Part shown: one piece after another, positions 8,447-20,143 of the stretch
How positions within the stretch are numbered: the first letter of the stretch is position 1
Layout of the letters: each line of letters starts with the position of its first letter
NCBI GenBank assembly: GCA_903842025.1
Contig: CAIMKX010000042.1
Coordinates: 1-53,838, forward strand
Direction: 5' to 3'
Length of the DNA stretch: 53,838 nt
Source: an uncultured bacterium
GTDB taxonomy: Bacteria; Patescibacteriota; Minisyncoccia; Phycocordibacterales; PALSA-1337
Position numbers and translations under genes: made by a program
The notes under the pieces: model-generated
The model's database searches: none
The model's input: only the letters and a program-made list of their open reading frames with translations
Told to the model about the DNA's origin: nothing

Positions 8447-8706
8447 AGCCGACGTCCGGGATTGAACCGGAGACCTCGCCATTCGTTTACACCTCACCTT
8501 ACGGGAGGACTAGACTGTATCTTTCTCCAAATCTTTTGGAGACCCTTGTCAGTCGTTCGGGCCCAATCTGTTGGGCCACGGTCTTATCCATTACAAAAGG
8601 CTCTGGACTTTAACCGTTATTCGGGATTCATCTTGACGTTACCGTCAGGATGGGCAGGGTCTTACGACCTACCAATGGCGTGCTCTACCAACTGAGCTAC
8701 ATCGGC
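8447..8706 (-). tRNA. tRNA-Thr(GGT) split by a group I intron (exons 8671-8706 and 8447-8483)
   Basis: Joined exons give the anticodon arm CGCCA-TTGGT|AA-TGGCG, with normal D, T and acceptor arms. Confidence 0.92.
8484..8670 (-). ncRNA. Group I intron, 187 nt, at tRNA position 36/37
   Basis: 5' exon ends in U, intron ends in G. P1 with a U-G pair and GUAA loop, P2 with a GUAA loop, P7 GACUG/CAGUC with J8/7 AAGAUA, P8, P9. Confidence 0.9.
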
Positions 8707-8735
8707 TTATGATTAACTAATTCAAAGAACTCGAG

Positions 8736-8809
8736 CGCGCCCGATGGGGCTCGAACCCACGACCTCTCCCGTGACAGGGGAGCGTTCTAGCCAACTGAAC
8801 TACGGGCGC
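8736..8809 (-). tRNA. tRNA-Asp(GTC)
   Basis: GCGCCCG/CGGGCGC acceptor stem, CTCCC-CTGTCAC-GGGAG anticodon arm. Confidence 0.95.
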
Positions 8810-8856
8810 ATGAACACTAATGTACCAGAATTGAGCCAAAAAACAAAGGGTTGCTG

Positions 8857-8930
8857 TGCCGATGCCTGGACTCGAACCAGGGACCTTCTCTTTATGAGTG
8901 AGATGCTCTAGCCACCTGAGCTACATCGGC
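8857..8930 (-). tRNA. tRNA-Met(CAT), probably elongator
   Basis: GCCGATG/CATCGGC acceptor stem, loop CTCATAA, A31-A39 mismatch. Ile2 is less likely because tRNA-Ile(TAT) is present. Confidence 0.85.
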
Positions 8931-9027
8931 GTTAAACGTTACACTACAATACAATAGACGAAAAACGGCTCCTGTGCAAATCTCCCATTGCTTAAATTAC
9001 CGCTTTATGGCAAAATGTACCGAACAT

Positions 9028-9099
9028 CGCGGGGTAGAGCAACGGTAGCTCGTCAGGCTCATAACCTGAAGATTGTCGGTTCGATTCCGGCCCCCGCAA
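9028..9099 (+). tRNA. Initiator tRNA-fMet(CAT)
   Basis: CGCGGGG/CCCCGCA with the C1-A72 mismatch, TCAGG-CTCATAA-CCTGA anticodon arm. Confidence 0.93.
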
Positions 9100-9103
9100 C
9101 AAG

Positions 9104-9688
9104 TTATTGAGTAATTTCTGGGTGTGCTTTTAAGTATTCATCTCGAACATGTGTACCGAGAGTTTGAGCCGTATTTGGTAGATTCCGAGTAGGATTGTTA
9201 TAGAAGAATTGTTTCAGAAAGTTCATATATTCCCTATCGTACAGAGCATAAATAGATTTTGTTGCCGATGTCTCCACATCATATTTAACCTTAGGATGTT
9301 CGCTATCAATAAAAGAGAAGAAATCATCTCGGTGATCATTGAACGCAGATAAAAATCCTATTGTTTCGACAAACTTCTTTCCAGCATCAGTTAATTGAAC
9401 AGGACTATATGCCTGTAATTCAGTATGATTGAACCCGCCTTGATTTTTTATCAGAAAATCACAGACTACTTTTACATTTGTTTTTATCTTTTCAGACGTT
9501 TTTACAAGCCCATCGAGAACTTGTAATTTTCTACCGATATATATGAATCCAGCGATTAATGAAACCACACCAATCGTCGTGATAACATCAAAAAAAGAAA
9601 CCGAAAATGCTTGAACTGCAGGAACAGCTTGTGTTACCTGTTGAGAACTCTGCATCGTGGATGAAGTAAGAATATTTGATGTCGCCAT
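9104..9688 (-). CDS. Hypothetical single-pass membrane protein, AT-rich
   Basis: 194-aa ORF with one hydrophobic segment. Stop abuts the tRNA-fMet 3' end. Confidence 0.75.
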   Translation of the reverse strand: MATSNILTSSTMQSSQQVTQAVPAVQAFSVSFFDVITTIGVVSLIAGFIYIGRKLQVLDGLVKTSEKIKTNVKVVCDFLIKNQGGFNHTELQAYSPVQLTDAGKKFVETIGFLSAFNDHRDDFFSFIDSEHPKVKYDVETSATKSIYALYDREYMNFLKQFFYNNPTRNLPNTAQTLGTHVRDEYLKAHPEITQ

Positions 9689-9791
9689 AATATTACAATC
9701 ATATCACGCCCATTAGGCGCAAGCATCACAAAACTGTTTATTTCCTGTTTACAATTATCTTTTTGTTTCTATATTTGGAATGGAACATAAC

Positions 9792-10382
9792 CTAGATGTA
9801 GTAAAACTCCTCGAACACCTTCCTGTACATCCCTATCACCCTTTTGGCCTCGATCTGATTCAAGGCAAACCCAGGTTCATGGGCGATCTGATTCCTGACC
9901 TTATGGGCTTCCCAGGCTTCGTTCAATGACTTCATATCGCCAGGATTGACCCTCTTCAATTTGTCGCCGATGCTCTCGCCTTTGTAGCCGAGTTTGGTCA
10001 ATAGATCGTCGAGGATAATATCAGCTTCAATAATCCCCTGCTTCCAGTCATTGGGATTGTCCGACTCGACATGCCTGGTAGCATTTTCCCAGCGATGAGC
10101 CATGACCGTATCTCCCGTCTCGACAGCGTCAAAAGCCGGCTCCACTTTGAGGTCATGGATCTGGGCCTCCTTTTTGCGGATCCGTTTCAAACCTTCAACG
10201 CAATAGACAATTCCGATTATGAAAAAGACCGAAAGTGGAATCGAGATCCCCACAAGGAAACCGTAAAAAGCCTTGAGGAATGAAACTACAGCCGGGAATG
10301 AATCAACGAGCCAATGAAAGGCCGAGACTAGCCAAGGGGAGAAATCCGGCAAAGGTGGCGAGTAATGAGCAGTGTCGGGCAT
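9792..10382 (-). CDS. Conserved hypothetical membrane protein with a HEPN-like helical C-terminus
   Basis: TATAAT 6 nt before ATG 10382. One TM; WKQGIIEAD...AHKVRNQIAH. The ORF-track N-terminal extension is repeat DNA. Confidence 0.85.
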   Translation of the reverse strand: MPDTAHYSPPLPDFSPWLVSAFHWLVDSFPAVVSFLKAFYGFLVGISIPLSVFFIIGIVYCVEGLKRIRKKEAQIHDLKVEPAFDAVETGDTVMAHRWENATRHVESDNPNDWKQGIIEADIILDDLLTKLGYKGESIGDKLKRVNPGDMKSLNEAWEAHKVRNQIAHEPGFALNQIEAKRVIGMYRKVFEEFYYI

Positions 10383-10410
10383 GGGATTATTATAGCGCGA
10401 ATGTTCAAAT

Positions 10411-10636
10411 AAAAAATCCCCCGGCCTGCCGGCCACCCCCTTTTTCAAAGGGGGATCCTCCATCGAACTACATTTTTAATATAACTCGTTGTGACTCTAA
10501 TCACTCTTCGTGTTTGATTTTAACCCAGAGAGTAATTAAGCAGTAGCGACATATATTACATAAGCTATACGTTGGTGGATCCCCCTTTGAAAAAGGGGGG
10601 TGTCCTGAGGCGTAGCCGAAGGACGGGGGATTTTTT
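10411..10636. repeat. Family-A REPIN-like element with conserved core (copy 2)
   Basis: AAAAAATCCCCC...GGGGGATTTTTT termini, core 10453-10583. Confidence 0.9.
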
Positions 10637-10637
10637 A

Positions 10638-12089
10638 TTATTCACTCCCCAAAAACTCCTTCCCCGCCCTGAATATAGTTTCCTCAGCTCCATGCGTCGC
10701 CGTCAACTGAAGTCCGATCGGCAAATCTTTGCCATCTTTCTTGGCGAATCCACATGGAACGGATATCGCCGGCATTCCGGTAATATTGGCGGTGACCGTG
10801 AAAATATCCTCCAAATACATCGAAAGTGGATCGCTGGTCTTTTCACCGATCTTGAAGGCTGGCGAAGGCGCCGTCGGTGTCGCTATCAAATCTACTGATT
10901 CAAAAGCCTTCAGAAAATCATTGGTAATCATCCGACGCACGGCATTGGCTCGATTGTAATAAGCGTCGTAATAGCCTGAAGAAAGAACGTAGGTACCTAG
11001 AAGTATTCGACGAATAACTTCGCGACCCAACCCAGCCTTCCTTGTCTTGAAATAGTCCTCGATACCGTCCTTACCGTCGACATGCAAACCAAATCTCATT
11101 CCATCGTAGCGCGCCATGTTTGAGGAAACTTCCGCCGGCATCACGATATAATAAACCATGAGAGCGTAGGAAATATTCGGCAATTTTACCTCTTTTATCT
11201 CATAGCCTTTTTCCTTGAATTGAACCAGGGATTTTTCAAAAGCCTCCATAACCGATTTATCAATCCCATCACCGCCCAGGAAATGCCTTGGAACGCCTAT
11301 TGTTGGTTTTCGGTCGCCGCTTTGATATTTGATATTTGATATTTGATATTTGTACGTCTGTTCATCTATCGTTGTGCCATCCTTAATGTCTTTCCCGCGA
11401 ATGGCATTGAATACTATTTCGCAATCGGAAACCGTCTTACCGATCGGACCGATCTGATCCAACGAAGAACCCATCGCCATCACACCATACCGCGAAACCG
11501 CCCCATAAGTCGGTTTGAGCCCAACCACACCACAGAAGCTTGCCGGTTGGCGTATGGAACCCCCTGTATCCGATCCAAGAGCAAATAAAGCGCCATCCAT
11601 AGCAACAGCCGCCGCTGAGCCACCGGAAGAGCCTCCTGCGACCCTATTCAAGTCCAAAGGATTTTTGGTCACGCCATAGGCAGAATTTTCCGTCGAACCG
11701 CCCATGGCAAATTCATCCATATTTGTCCGGCCAAGAAAGACGACGCCTTCCGCCTTCAATCTTGAAGTCACTGTCGCGTCATAAGGAGCACGATATTTTT
11801 GCAGAATATTTGACGCGGCGCTGGCAATCTGGCCTTGGATCAAAATATTGTCTTTTATACCGCACGGAATCCCCGTAAGCATTCCGCCTTTTCCGGATTT
11901 AATTATCTTATCAGCCGCTTTTGCCGATTCAATTGCCACATCAAAAACTTCCAAATAAGCATTGACATCCTTGTTCTTTTTCTTTATTTCATCCAAATAG
12001 GCTTGAGTCAATTCGACAGCGGTAAAGTCCCCTCTTTTCAGTGCTTCATGGGCTTTTAATATTGTTAGATCTTTTAAATTAATCTTCAT
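10638..12089 (-). CDS. gatA: Glu-tRNA(Gln) amidotransferase subunit A
   Basis: GIKDNI, DEFAMGGS, GGSSGGS, GSDTGGSIRQPA, RRILLGTY. Confidence 0.98.
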   Translation of the reverse strand: MKINLKDLTILKAHEALKRGDFTAVELTQAYLDEIKKKNKDVNAYLEVFDVAIESAKAADKIIKSGKGGMLTGIPCGIKDNILIQGQIASAASNILQKYRAPYDATVTSRLKAEGVVFLGRTNMDEFAMGGSTENSAYGVTKNPLDLNRVAGGSSGGSAAAVAMDGALFALGSDTGGSIRQPASFCGVVGLKPTYGAVSRYGVMAMGSSLDQIGPIGKTVSDCEIVFNAIRGKDIKDGTTIDEQTYKYQISNIKYQSGDRKPTIGVPRHFLGGDGIDKSVMEAFEKSLVQFKEKGYEIKEVKLPNISYALMVYYIVMPAEVSSNMARYDGMRFGLHVDGKDGIEDYFKTRKAGLGREVIRRILLGTYVLSSGYYDAYYNRANAVRRMITNDFLKAFESVDLIATPTAPSPAFKIGEKTSDPLSMYLEDIFTVTANITGMPAISVPCGFAKKDGKDLPIGLQLTATHGAEETIFRAGKEFLGSE

Positions 12090-12157
12090 TTTTTAAATCC
12101 TTTATCTTGAGCTTTTTATCTAAATTCAAAATTCCAACTTCTTATCTCCTGCGATTT

Positions 12158-12198
12158 CCTAGTTCCTAGTCCCTAGTCCCTAAAAACTAGTCCCTAAC
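12158..12198. repeat. Heptamer tandem repeat (CCTAGTC/CCTAAAA); related arms at ~5050-5085 and 17132-17162
   Basis: cctagtt cctagtc cctagtc cctaaaa actagtc cctaact. CTAAAAACTAGTCCC is shared by the three sites. Confidence 0.75.
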
Positions 12199-12492
12199 TC
12201 AATCCTGTTCAATAATCTTCTTAACCGCCACAAACTCCCCCACCATTTCCGGCGCCTCAGCCATCAGCCTATCCCGATCCTCTTTCGAAATCGGTTCCGC
12301 TAGGTCTCTCCTCGAGACGTTCTTGACCGCCCCCACCCGGTCTTCGGCCGCCGTGGAGACTTTCACTTTCTTCAATTGGTCGACGTAAGCAAGGATGGAA
12401 TCGAATTCTTTGATGAGGGATTTTTTGTCCTCCTCGGCGAGCTCGATGCGCGAGAGAACCGCCAAATGCTCCAATTCTTTGATCGTTATCAT
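12199..12492 (-). CDS. gatC: Amidotransferase subunit C
   Basis: ITIKELEHLAVLSRIEL...ILAYVDQL. TACAAT 6 nt before ATG 12492. Confidence 0.93.
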   Translation of the reverse strand: MITIKELEHLAVLSRIELAEEDKKSLIKEFDSILAYVDQLKKVKVSTAAEDRVGAVKNVSRRDLAEPISKEDRDRLMAEAPEMVGEFVAVKKIIEQD

Positions 12493-12530
12493 ATTGGGAT
12501 TGTAACAGTGATGAAGATTTGCGGCAAGCG

Positions 12531-14719
<2,189 letters not shown>

Positions 14720-14733
14720 CTAAGAATAGCATT

Positions 14734-15366
14734 TTATCCCTTGTATTCCAGCCTGATCGTTCTTTCCACAGCGCGAGCGTTTGGAGTGCTGTTCGGTCCG
14801 GCGCATGGACCGCTATCGGCCAGATTGTATCCGCTGGAATCGATGACTGTTTTATGTTTCGGATTATAGTGATTGTCAAAATAATATCCGTCAGTTATGA
14901 CAATCCTGGCGCAGGTATTATTGGAAAAATTGATCTGCAACGGACTGTTTGTCTGATAGACATTGAATTTTGTGCCGTCAAATGTCGTATTTCCAGGCAG
15001 GTTGTTGATGATCTGCGGAATAAAATGCATGTCTAACACGTCTGATGCGGGAATCGAGTGGAAGCTCGATTCGGCATCGGGAACAGGCGAAGGCGAAGGA
15101 TTGGGATTGGCGCAGTAGATCATGGCGTCCAACGGATATCCATCATCGGTGGAAGTGGCCAGAAGATTGCCCCTGTATCCGTTGAAAGCTTCCACGGCGC
15201 ACTGGATCCCGCCGTCGGCGGCATAGACCGCCACGGTCGAATCGCGGGCCAAGGAAGAAAGGATGAACTGTTTGCGGCTAACCGAAAGGATGAAGGCGGC
15301 AATCGACAAAACCACACTGGAGATGATAACCGCAAAAAGAAGCGTGTATCCTTGTTTGTTGTTCAT
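14734..15366 (-). CDS. Minor pilin, PilX-like
   Basis: G|YTLLFAVII class III signal lacking E5; AVYAADGGIQC. Confidence 0.8.
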   Translation of the reverse strand: MNNKQGYTLLFAVIISSVVLSIAAFILSVSRKQFILSSLARDSTVAVYAADGGIQCAVEAFNGYRGNLLATSTDDGYPLDAMIYCANPNPSPSPVPDAESSFHSIPASDVLDMHFIPQIINNLPGNTTFDGTKFNVYQTNSPLQINFSNNTCARIVITDGYYFDNHYNPKHKTVIDSSGYNLADSGPCAGPNSTPNARAVERTIRLEYKG

Positions 15367-15367
15367 A

Positions 15368-15814
15368 TTATCTGGTGTAATAGGATATCAATTCCTGAAG
15401 CCTGACTTGATTGCCGACGGTACCGGTTTGCCAGCTGACGACGACTGTTGCCAGTACTTGGTAATAGCTAACCCATTGATAATTATAATATCTTGTAAAA
15501 CCGGAAGGTAAAGCTCCTAATGCAGTGATCTGACAAGTCAAAGTTGGCGATGCGCAATTATCGAAGACCGCTGGGTGACTATTGCCGTTCCAAGCACCCC
15601 AATTTGAAGACGTATCCTTATTATCCTTAAGATTATTGATGTACTCCAAACCTTCCTGGGCCAGATTGAAGGCAATGGTCTGTTTTTTGGCGTCGATGGC
15701 CGCCCGGTAGGCTTTGTTGGCGACCGTCAAAGGGCCAACAACCGCCACCATCAGGATGGCAATGGCCACCAAGGTCTCGACCAGCGTAAATCCTTTGTTT
15801 GAAATTATTCTCAT
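15368..15814 (-). CDS. Minor pilin, PilV-like
   Basis: KG|FTLVETLVAIAI...LAQEGLE. Confidence 0.88.
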   Translation of the reverse strand: MRIISNKGFTLVETLVAIAILMVAVVGPLTVANKAYRAAIDAKKQTIAFNLAQEGLEYINNLKDNKDTSSNWGAWNGNSHPAVFDNCASPTLTCQITALGALPSGFTRYYNYQWVSYYQVLATVVVSWQTGTVGNQVRLQELISYYTR

Positions 15815-15819
15815 GAATA

Positions 15820-16461
15820 TTAGTTCGATATCCTTTGCGATATGGCCGTGCGGACATCGAAGGATTCCCTTTCGCTGGCTTTGACTCCGGCGTAGCCGAC
15901 CAACCTGATCGAAACCAAGGGATAGCTCACACCTTCGGTCTTGGAAAGATCATAATCTGTGAGTACGGTACTGACCTCGTCAAACATCTTGGCGTCATTG
16001 GAAGTGATCTCACTGCCACATATAGTCTGCTGGGATTTGCGGAAACTCCAATTATTGTCCCGTATGAACCAATAGGCATATATCAGGGCGCAACTGGGAT
16101 TGGCAGGATCAGTCTTTGTGGATTTGAAAAAAATGCCCTGATCGCGGCCATCTTGAGTGGCGGAATGACAGGGAACAATCGGTAGTGTTGAAAGATTAGA
16201 TCCAGTAAATGAATAACCATTCACATCATGCGTATAAGAGGCGCAGGTGTAATTTGTCCCCACCCGCATTTCCCGGGATATGGACTCCAAGGCAAAACTC
16301 ACATTGTTCATGGCCGACTGCAGGGCTTGGGCCGACCTGTTGAGGCTGGTCATCCTGACCAGAGCTCCGATAGCTATCACGGCCGCCACGGAAAAGACGC
16401 CCAAGGAAACCAGCATTTCCAGCATCGTAAAACCTCTTTGAGTTGATGATTTTTTATACAT
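15820..16461 (-). CDS. Minor pilin, PilW-like
   Basis: RG|FTMLEMLVS...ISREMR. Confidence 0.88.
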   Translation of the reverse strand: MYKKSSTQRGFTMLEMLVSLGVFSVAAVIAIGALVRMTSLNRSAQALQSAMNNVSFALESISREMRVGTNYTCASYTHDVNGYSFTGSNLSTLPIVPCHSATQDGRDQGIFFKSTKTDPANPSCALIYAYWFIRDNNWSFRKSQQTICGSEITSNDAKMFDEVSTVLTDYDLSKTEGVSYPLVSIRLVGYAGVKASERESFDVRTAISQRISN

Positions 16462-16467
16462 GGATTT

Positions 16468-17100
16468 TTAACTTCCGTTCCGGACCACGATCTGGCCCAC
16501 ATTGAAAACCTGAATCCGTTTGATCGCCGAACTGTCACCGGAAATAAGCTCGATTTTTCCCTCATTTTTTCCGCAACCGCTCGAGGCCGGGGAGACAATC
16601 TTATAGCAAATAATGGCCATCGGTTCCGGACGCTCAAAAGAGATATCGAGGACATCGACTGGATTGTAATCCGAACTATTTGACTCGCGATAATAGAGTT
16701 GGTTGATCTTCGCCCCATGTTTCAGGTAATATCTGTTTTCGATAAGATCATCACCAAGAGTTCCGTTATGGTCATAGTCAAAATAACCATTGTTATTGAG
16801 ATCGGCAAAGAGAATGAAATTGTCGTTGGAACTTTTGTCAAAATGCACGCCGTAAGCGGCTTTGAAATTGATGGGAGTATCTTGGGCCACCCTGACGCTG
16901 ATGCCGTATGTCTGGGCCTGACGGATAGTGAGGGCGATATCGTAAGCCAGATTGGAAAAGAGCGTGCCGGAATAGTAGCTATTGTATCTGTAGAGGACTA
17001 GGGCCGTCATGAAGACGAATATCCCCACGGTCACCATCAGTTCTATGATGGTGAAGCCCTTGCGCCTCGACGGGGGGTTTGTTTGGGAAGAAAGCATCAT
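16468..17100 (-). CDS. Minor pilin, FimT/GspH-like
   Basis: KG|FTIIELMVT...IRQAQ...YGVHF. Confidence 0.88.
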   Translation of the reverse strand: MMLSSQTNPPSRRKGFTIIELMVTVGIFVFMTALVLYRYNSYYSGTLFSNLAYDIALTIRQAQTYGISVRVAQDTPINFKAAYGVHFDKSSNDNFILFADLNNNGYFDYDHNGTLGDDLIENRYYLKHGAKINQLYYRESNSSDYNPVDVLDISFERPEPMAIICYKIVSPASSGCGKNEGKIELISGDSSAIKRIQVFNVGQIVVRNGS

Positions 17101-17189
17101 GATTATTATAGCAGATTGGGCAATTGGGGGCAGGGACTAGTTTTTAGGGACTGGGGACTAGTATTTGATCAAAAAGAAGATTTTGCGTT

Positions 17190-17384
17190 TGTCATTCACG
17201 CGAAGGCGGGAATCCAGTGTTGAATACCCTAATTGAAAATTAAAAAATCAAAATGGAAAATGACAAGGCAAAAGTTAAAATGAAATCGCATTTGTAGCAG
17301 ACATTTTACATTTTAAATTGTCATTTTCCATTTTGATATTTAAATTTTGCATTATCCTGGATTCCCGCCTTCGCGGGAATGACA
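17190..17384. repeat. dRS3/RPE-like inverted arms enclosing a heptamer-type inverted repeat
   Basis: GTCATTCACGCGAAGGCGGGAATCCAG...CTGGATTCCCGCCTTCGCGGGAATGAC, with inner TCAAAATGGAAAATGACAA / TTGTCATTTTCCATTTTGA. Confidence 0.85.
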
Positions 17385-17402
17385 ATTCAAATGCCCTCCC
17401 GA

Positions 17403-18188
17403 TTACGAAAACAAAAGACTCAAATCCATCACTTGTAAACCAAATAGCAGAACCAAATACATTCCCAGTATCAAATACGGCCCAAACGGTATTTCCGTCC
17501 GCGGTTTGAACTTCTTTTGGGTGGCGTAAAGCCAGGCAATGGAAATAACCGCCGCTATCCAGAAAGCCAGGACAATGGCATTGATTCCCTCATTGAGACC
17601 CAATAACCAACCAATACCAAGAACCAATTTGGCGTCGCCCAGACCCATCCAAGTTCCTTTTGAGAAATACCAGATCGAGGCGAATGGCAAGGCCAGGATC
17701 GGTCCGGCCAAGACCGCCAGCCATGTCGTGCCGTGAATCAAAGAGGAACCGCCGACAAATAGATTCAACAGACTGACCGCGCCGAAAGTGTAAACCAGCG
17801 GGTTGGGTATTATTTTGTGCTTGATGTCATAAACGGAAATGACAAGAAGTAAGCAAGTAATTAGTAAGTAAATAAATGTGGTAATACCTTGAAGCAAAGC
17901 CACCGGCGGGAAAGTGTAGAAGATCAGGACGAAGAATACGCCCGCCAAGAATTCCACCACCGGATACTGCCAGGAAATCTTGCTCCGACATTTCCGACAA
18001 GATCCACTTTGGATTAGAAAGCTTAATATTGGAATCAATTCCTGCCAAGTCAGAGTCTTGCCGCAGGCCATACACATTGAGCGACCGTTTATACCCTTCC
18101 CTGTGTTGAATCTGATGGCGACTACATTGAGGAAACTGCCGATGATCGTTCCGGCGATGAAGGAGAAGATCAGCAAAAGAGTATCCAT
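17403..18188 (-). CDS. pilD: Prepilin peptidase (A24)
   Basis: GSFLNVV, RSMCMAC, CRKC, YDIKHKIIP, GLGDAKL, IPFGPYL. Confidence 0.95.
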   Translation of the reverse strand: MDTLLLIFSFIAGTIIGSFLNVVAIRFNTGKGINGRSMCMACGKTLTWQELIPILSFLIQSGSCRKCRSKISWQYPVVEFLAGVFFVLIFYTFPPVALLQGITTFIYLLITCLLLVISVYDIKHKIIPNPLVYTFGAVSLLNLFVGGSSLIHGTTWLAVLAGPILALPFASIWYFSKGTWMGLGDAKLVLGIGWLLGLNEGINAIVLAFWIAAVISIAWLYATQKKFKPRTEIPFGPYLILGMYLVLLFGLQVMDLSLLFS

Positions 18189-18194
18189 TTGTTT

Positions 18195-18692
18195 TTATTT
18201 CGGACCGATGCAGTACAAAGTAGTGGTATTACAGTCGATGTAAGGAGAATATCCGCTCGAAGAGTGCTGCAATGTCATGCCGAGTGAATTCTTTAAGACG
18301 TCATTATTGGACTGCTCCAAAGTCGCCTGCAAAATATAATCACTGGTACCATTCACGGAATATACATAAGAACCTGAACTTGGCGGAGTCGGAATCACAG
18401 AAATGTATTGGGATAATGAAACACTTGAAGCTCCTGATGGACAACCGTCAGGCTGCGATAAGACTTCTGTCGGTGTCGCATAATGAGCGGCATCAGGATA
18501 CTGTCCACACCGGTCAAAATACTGCTCCAAAGCCAACTGGATCTGTCCGAGGTCGGAAACCCGCCTGGCATCGCGGGACTTCACTCGAGCGCCCATGATA
18601 TTGTTCAAGATCATGCCGGTCAGGATCGCGATGATGGCCACGACGACTAATAATTCGATGAGCGTAAAGGCGCGGTTGTGAGTTGTTTTCAT
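18195..18692 (-). CDS. Type IV pilin (GspG/PilE-like)
   Basis: A|[13 protein letters not shown]...RDARRVSDL. TATAAT 6 nt before the ATG. Confidence 0.9.
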   Translation of the reverse strand: MKTTHNRAFTLIELLVVVAIIAILTGMILNNIMGARVKSRDARRVSDLGQIQLALEQYFDRCGQYPDAAHYATPTEVLSQPDGCPSGASSVSLSQYISVIPTPPSSGSYVYSVNGTSDYILQATLEQSNNDVLKNSLGMTLQHSSSGYSPYIDCNTTTLYCIGPK

Positions 18693-18750
18693 AGCCAAAT
18701 TATAGCGCCAAGTGAGGATTTATGGAAGCAAGCTTTCATATAATCCGCCT

Positions 18751-19299
18751 TTACTGACAGGTGATGGTCAAAGGGCTGATTGTGTAATCGTTCTGGAGAG
18801 AATTGCCCGTTGAATCAAGACAAAAGAAGGTTCCCGTTCCCTGGCTCAACTTGCCGTACAAAGCGTAGGCATTTACCGAGCCAGTTATACTACTTCCTGT
18901 CACAGCTACCCCTGCCGGGTAAACAGCGATAAATTCCGGAAAAGCTCCCACCCAGCCATTAAAACTAAATCCGCTTGCTCGCGTTGTCGAAGCGGTACTG
19001 CTAGCTGTATTGTTATGGAGATCGGCAAAAATAATATTGTAGTTGATATTGGAGTTCCCGAGACTTGTAATCGCGTTCCCGCTGGCCGTAAAGCTGTTGT
19101 TATAGTTGATACCATATTCGCTTTCTATTTGAACGCGAAGTTGCTGAACATCGGCGATTACATGGGAATCCTTGGCTCTGGTCCTGGCCGAATTGATAGC
19201 AACCAAAACAATAGATGAAAGTATGCCGATAATGGCGATGACTACGAGAAGTTCGATGAGGGTAAAAGCACTTTGGGCGCCAGCGAGTTTTTTATTCAT
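18751..19299 (-). CDS. Type IV pilin, paralog of the 29355-29849 pilin
   Basis: A|[18 protein letters not shown]...FCLDSTG...C. Confidence 0.9.
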   Translation of the reverse strand: MNKKLAGAQSAFTLIELLVVIAIIGILSSIVLVAINSARTRAKDSHVIADVQQLRVQIESEYGINYNNSFTASGNAITSLGNSNINYNIIFADLHNNTASSTASTTRASGFSFNGWVGAFPEFIAVYPAGVAVTGSSITGSVNAYALYGKLSQGTGTFFCLDSTGNSLQNDYTISPLTITCQ

Positions 19300-19357
19300 G
19301 GCAATATGGTACCACAATTCGGCAAATAGATATCCACAGCGGTCACTAGACCTGATG

Positions 19358-20107
19358 CTAATTCTTCAGAAAAAAACGTCCGATGCTTATGCAATGCCGA
19401 AATAACTGTTTATTCAAACCCTTGGAACTAATTCTGGCGTAATCATGATAGACAATGGAATCAGGCCAAAAAACCGTTGAGTAGCCAACCTGCTTGGCCC
19501 GATAACAAAAATCAGTATCTTCATAGCCAAAGAAATATTTTTCATCCAGCGGGCCTAGCTTATCGAAAAGTCTTCGCCTGATGATTTGGCAGGCGCCGAT
19601 AGCCCAATCAACTTCTTTGATTGTTGATAAATCCTGAACGATGTATTTTCTGTACCAGGAAACGTTTGGGAATAACTTATAAAGTTTGGTTCCCCGCCAG
19701 AATAATGCCGCAAAAGTCGGAAAGGATCGCATAGATTCTTGAATAGTACCGTTTGGATTCAAAATTCGCGGTGCGATTATGCACACATTTGGATTGTTTT
19801 GAAAATATGATTCTATAGCGACCAGGTCCAATCTATCAATCCAAGCATCGTCATCAAGAAACATTAAGTAATCCTTGCTCGCTTTCTTGATACCAATATT
19901 CCTTGCTCCGGCCACGCCGAGATTGGTGGGTAATATTACCGATTCAATATTTCGTCTGGCTTTCAGGTAATCACCAGTGCCATCATTTGAGCCATTATCA
20001 ACCACGATAATTTGACATCCATTTAATGTCTTTTTCACCGAATCGAGGCAACGCATGAGTTTGTCCAGACGGTTACGGGTTATAACTACAACTGAAAGAT
20101 TTGTCAT
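19358..20107 (-). CDS. Glycosyltransferase family 2 (rhamnosyltransferase-like)
   Basis: VVDNGSNDGT, FLDDD, GACQ, YEDTDFC. Confidence 0.9.
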   Translation of the reverse strand: MTNLSVVVITRNRLDKLMRCLDSVKKTLNGCQIIVVDNGSNDGTGDYLKARRNIESVILPTNLGVAGARNIGIKKASKDYLMFLDDDAWIDRLDLVAIESYFQNNPNVCIIAPRILNPNGTIQESMRSFPTFAALFWRGTKLYKLFPNVSWYRKYIVQDLSTIKEVDWAIGACQIIRRRLFDKLGPLDEKYFFGYEDTDFCYRAKQVGYSTVFWPDSIVYHDYARISSKGLNKQLFRHCISIGRFFLKN

Positions 20108-20143
20108 GTTTAATAAAGCGATTATATCATGTACTATATGGGC

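Noticed and set aside
8426-8695. ORFs over tRNA/tmRNA genes (8426-8695, 42430-42846, 46297-46497, 51427-51612)
   Set aside because: Spurious frames overlapping RNA genes; the intron encodes no endonuclease.
10383-10898. ORFs and extensions starting MEDPPLKKG / MVDPPLKKG / MMENPPLEKG (also 31483, 7271, 4642, 4766)
   Set aside because: They are translations of the palindromic repeats, not genes.
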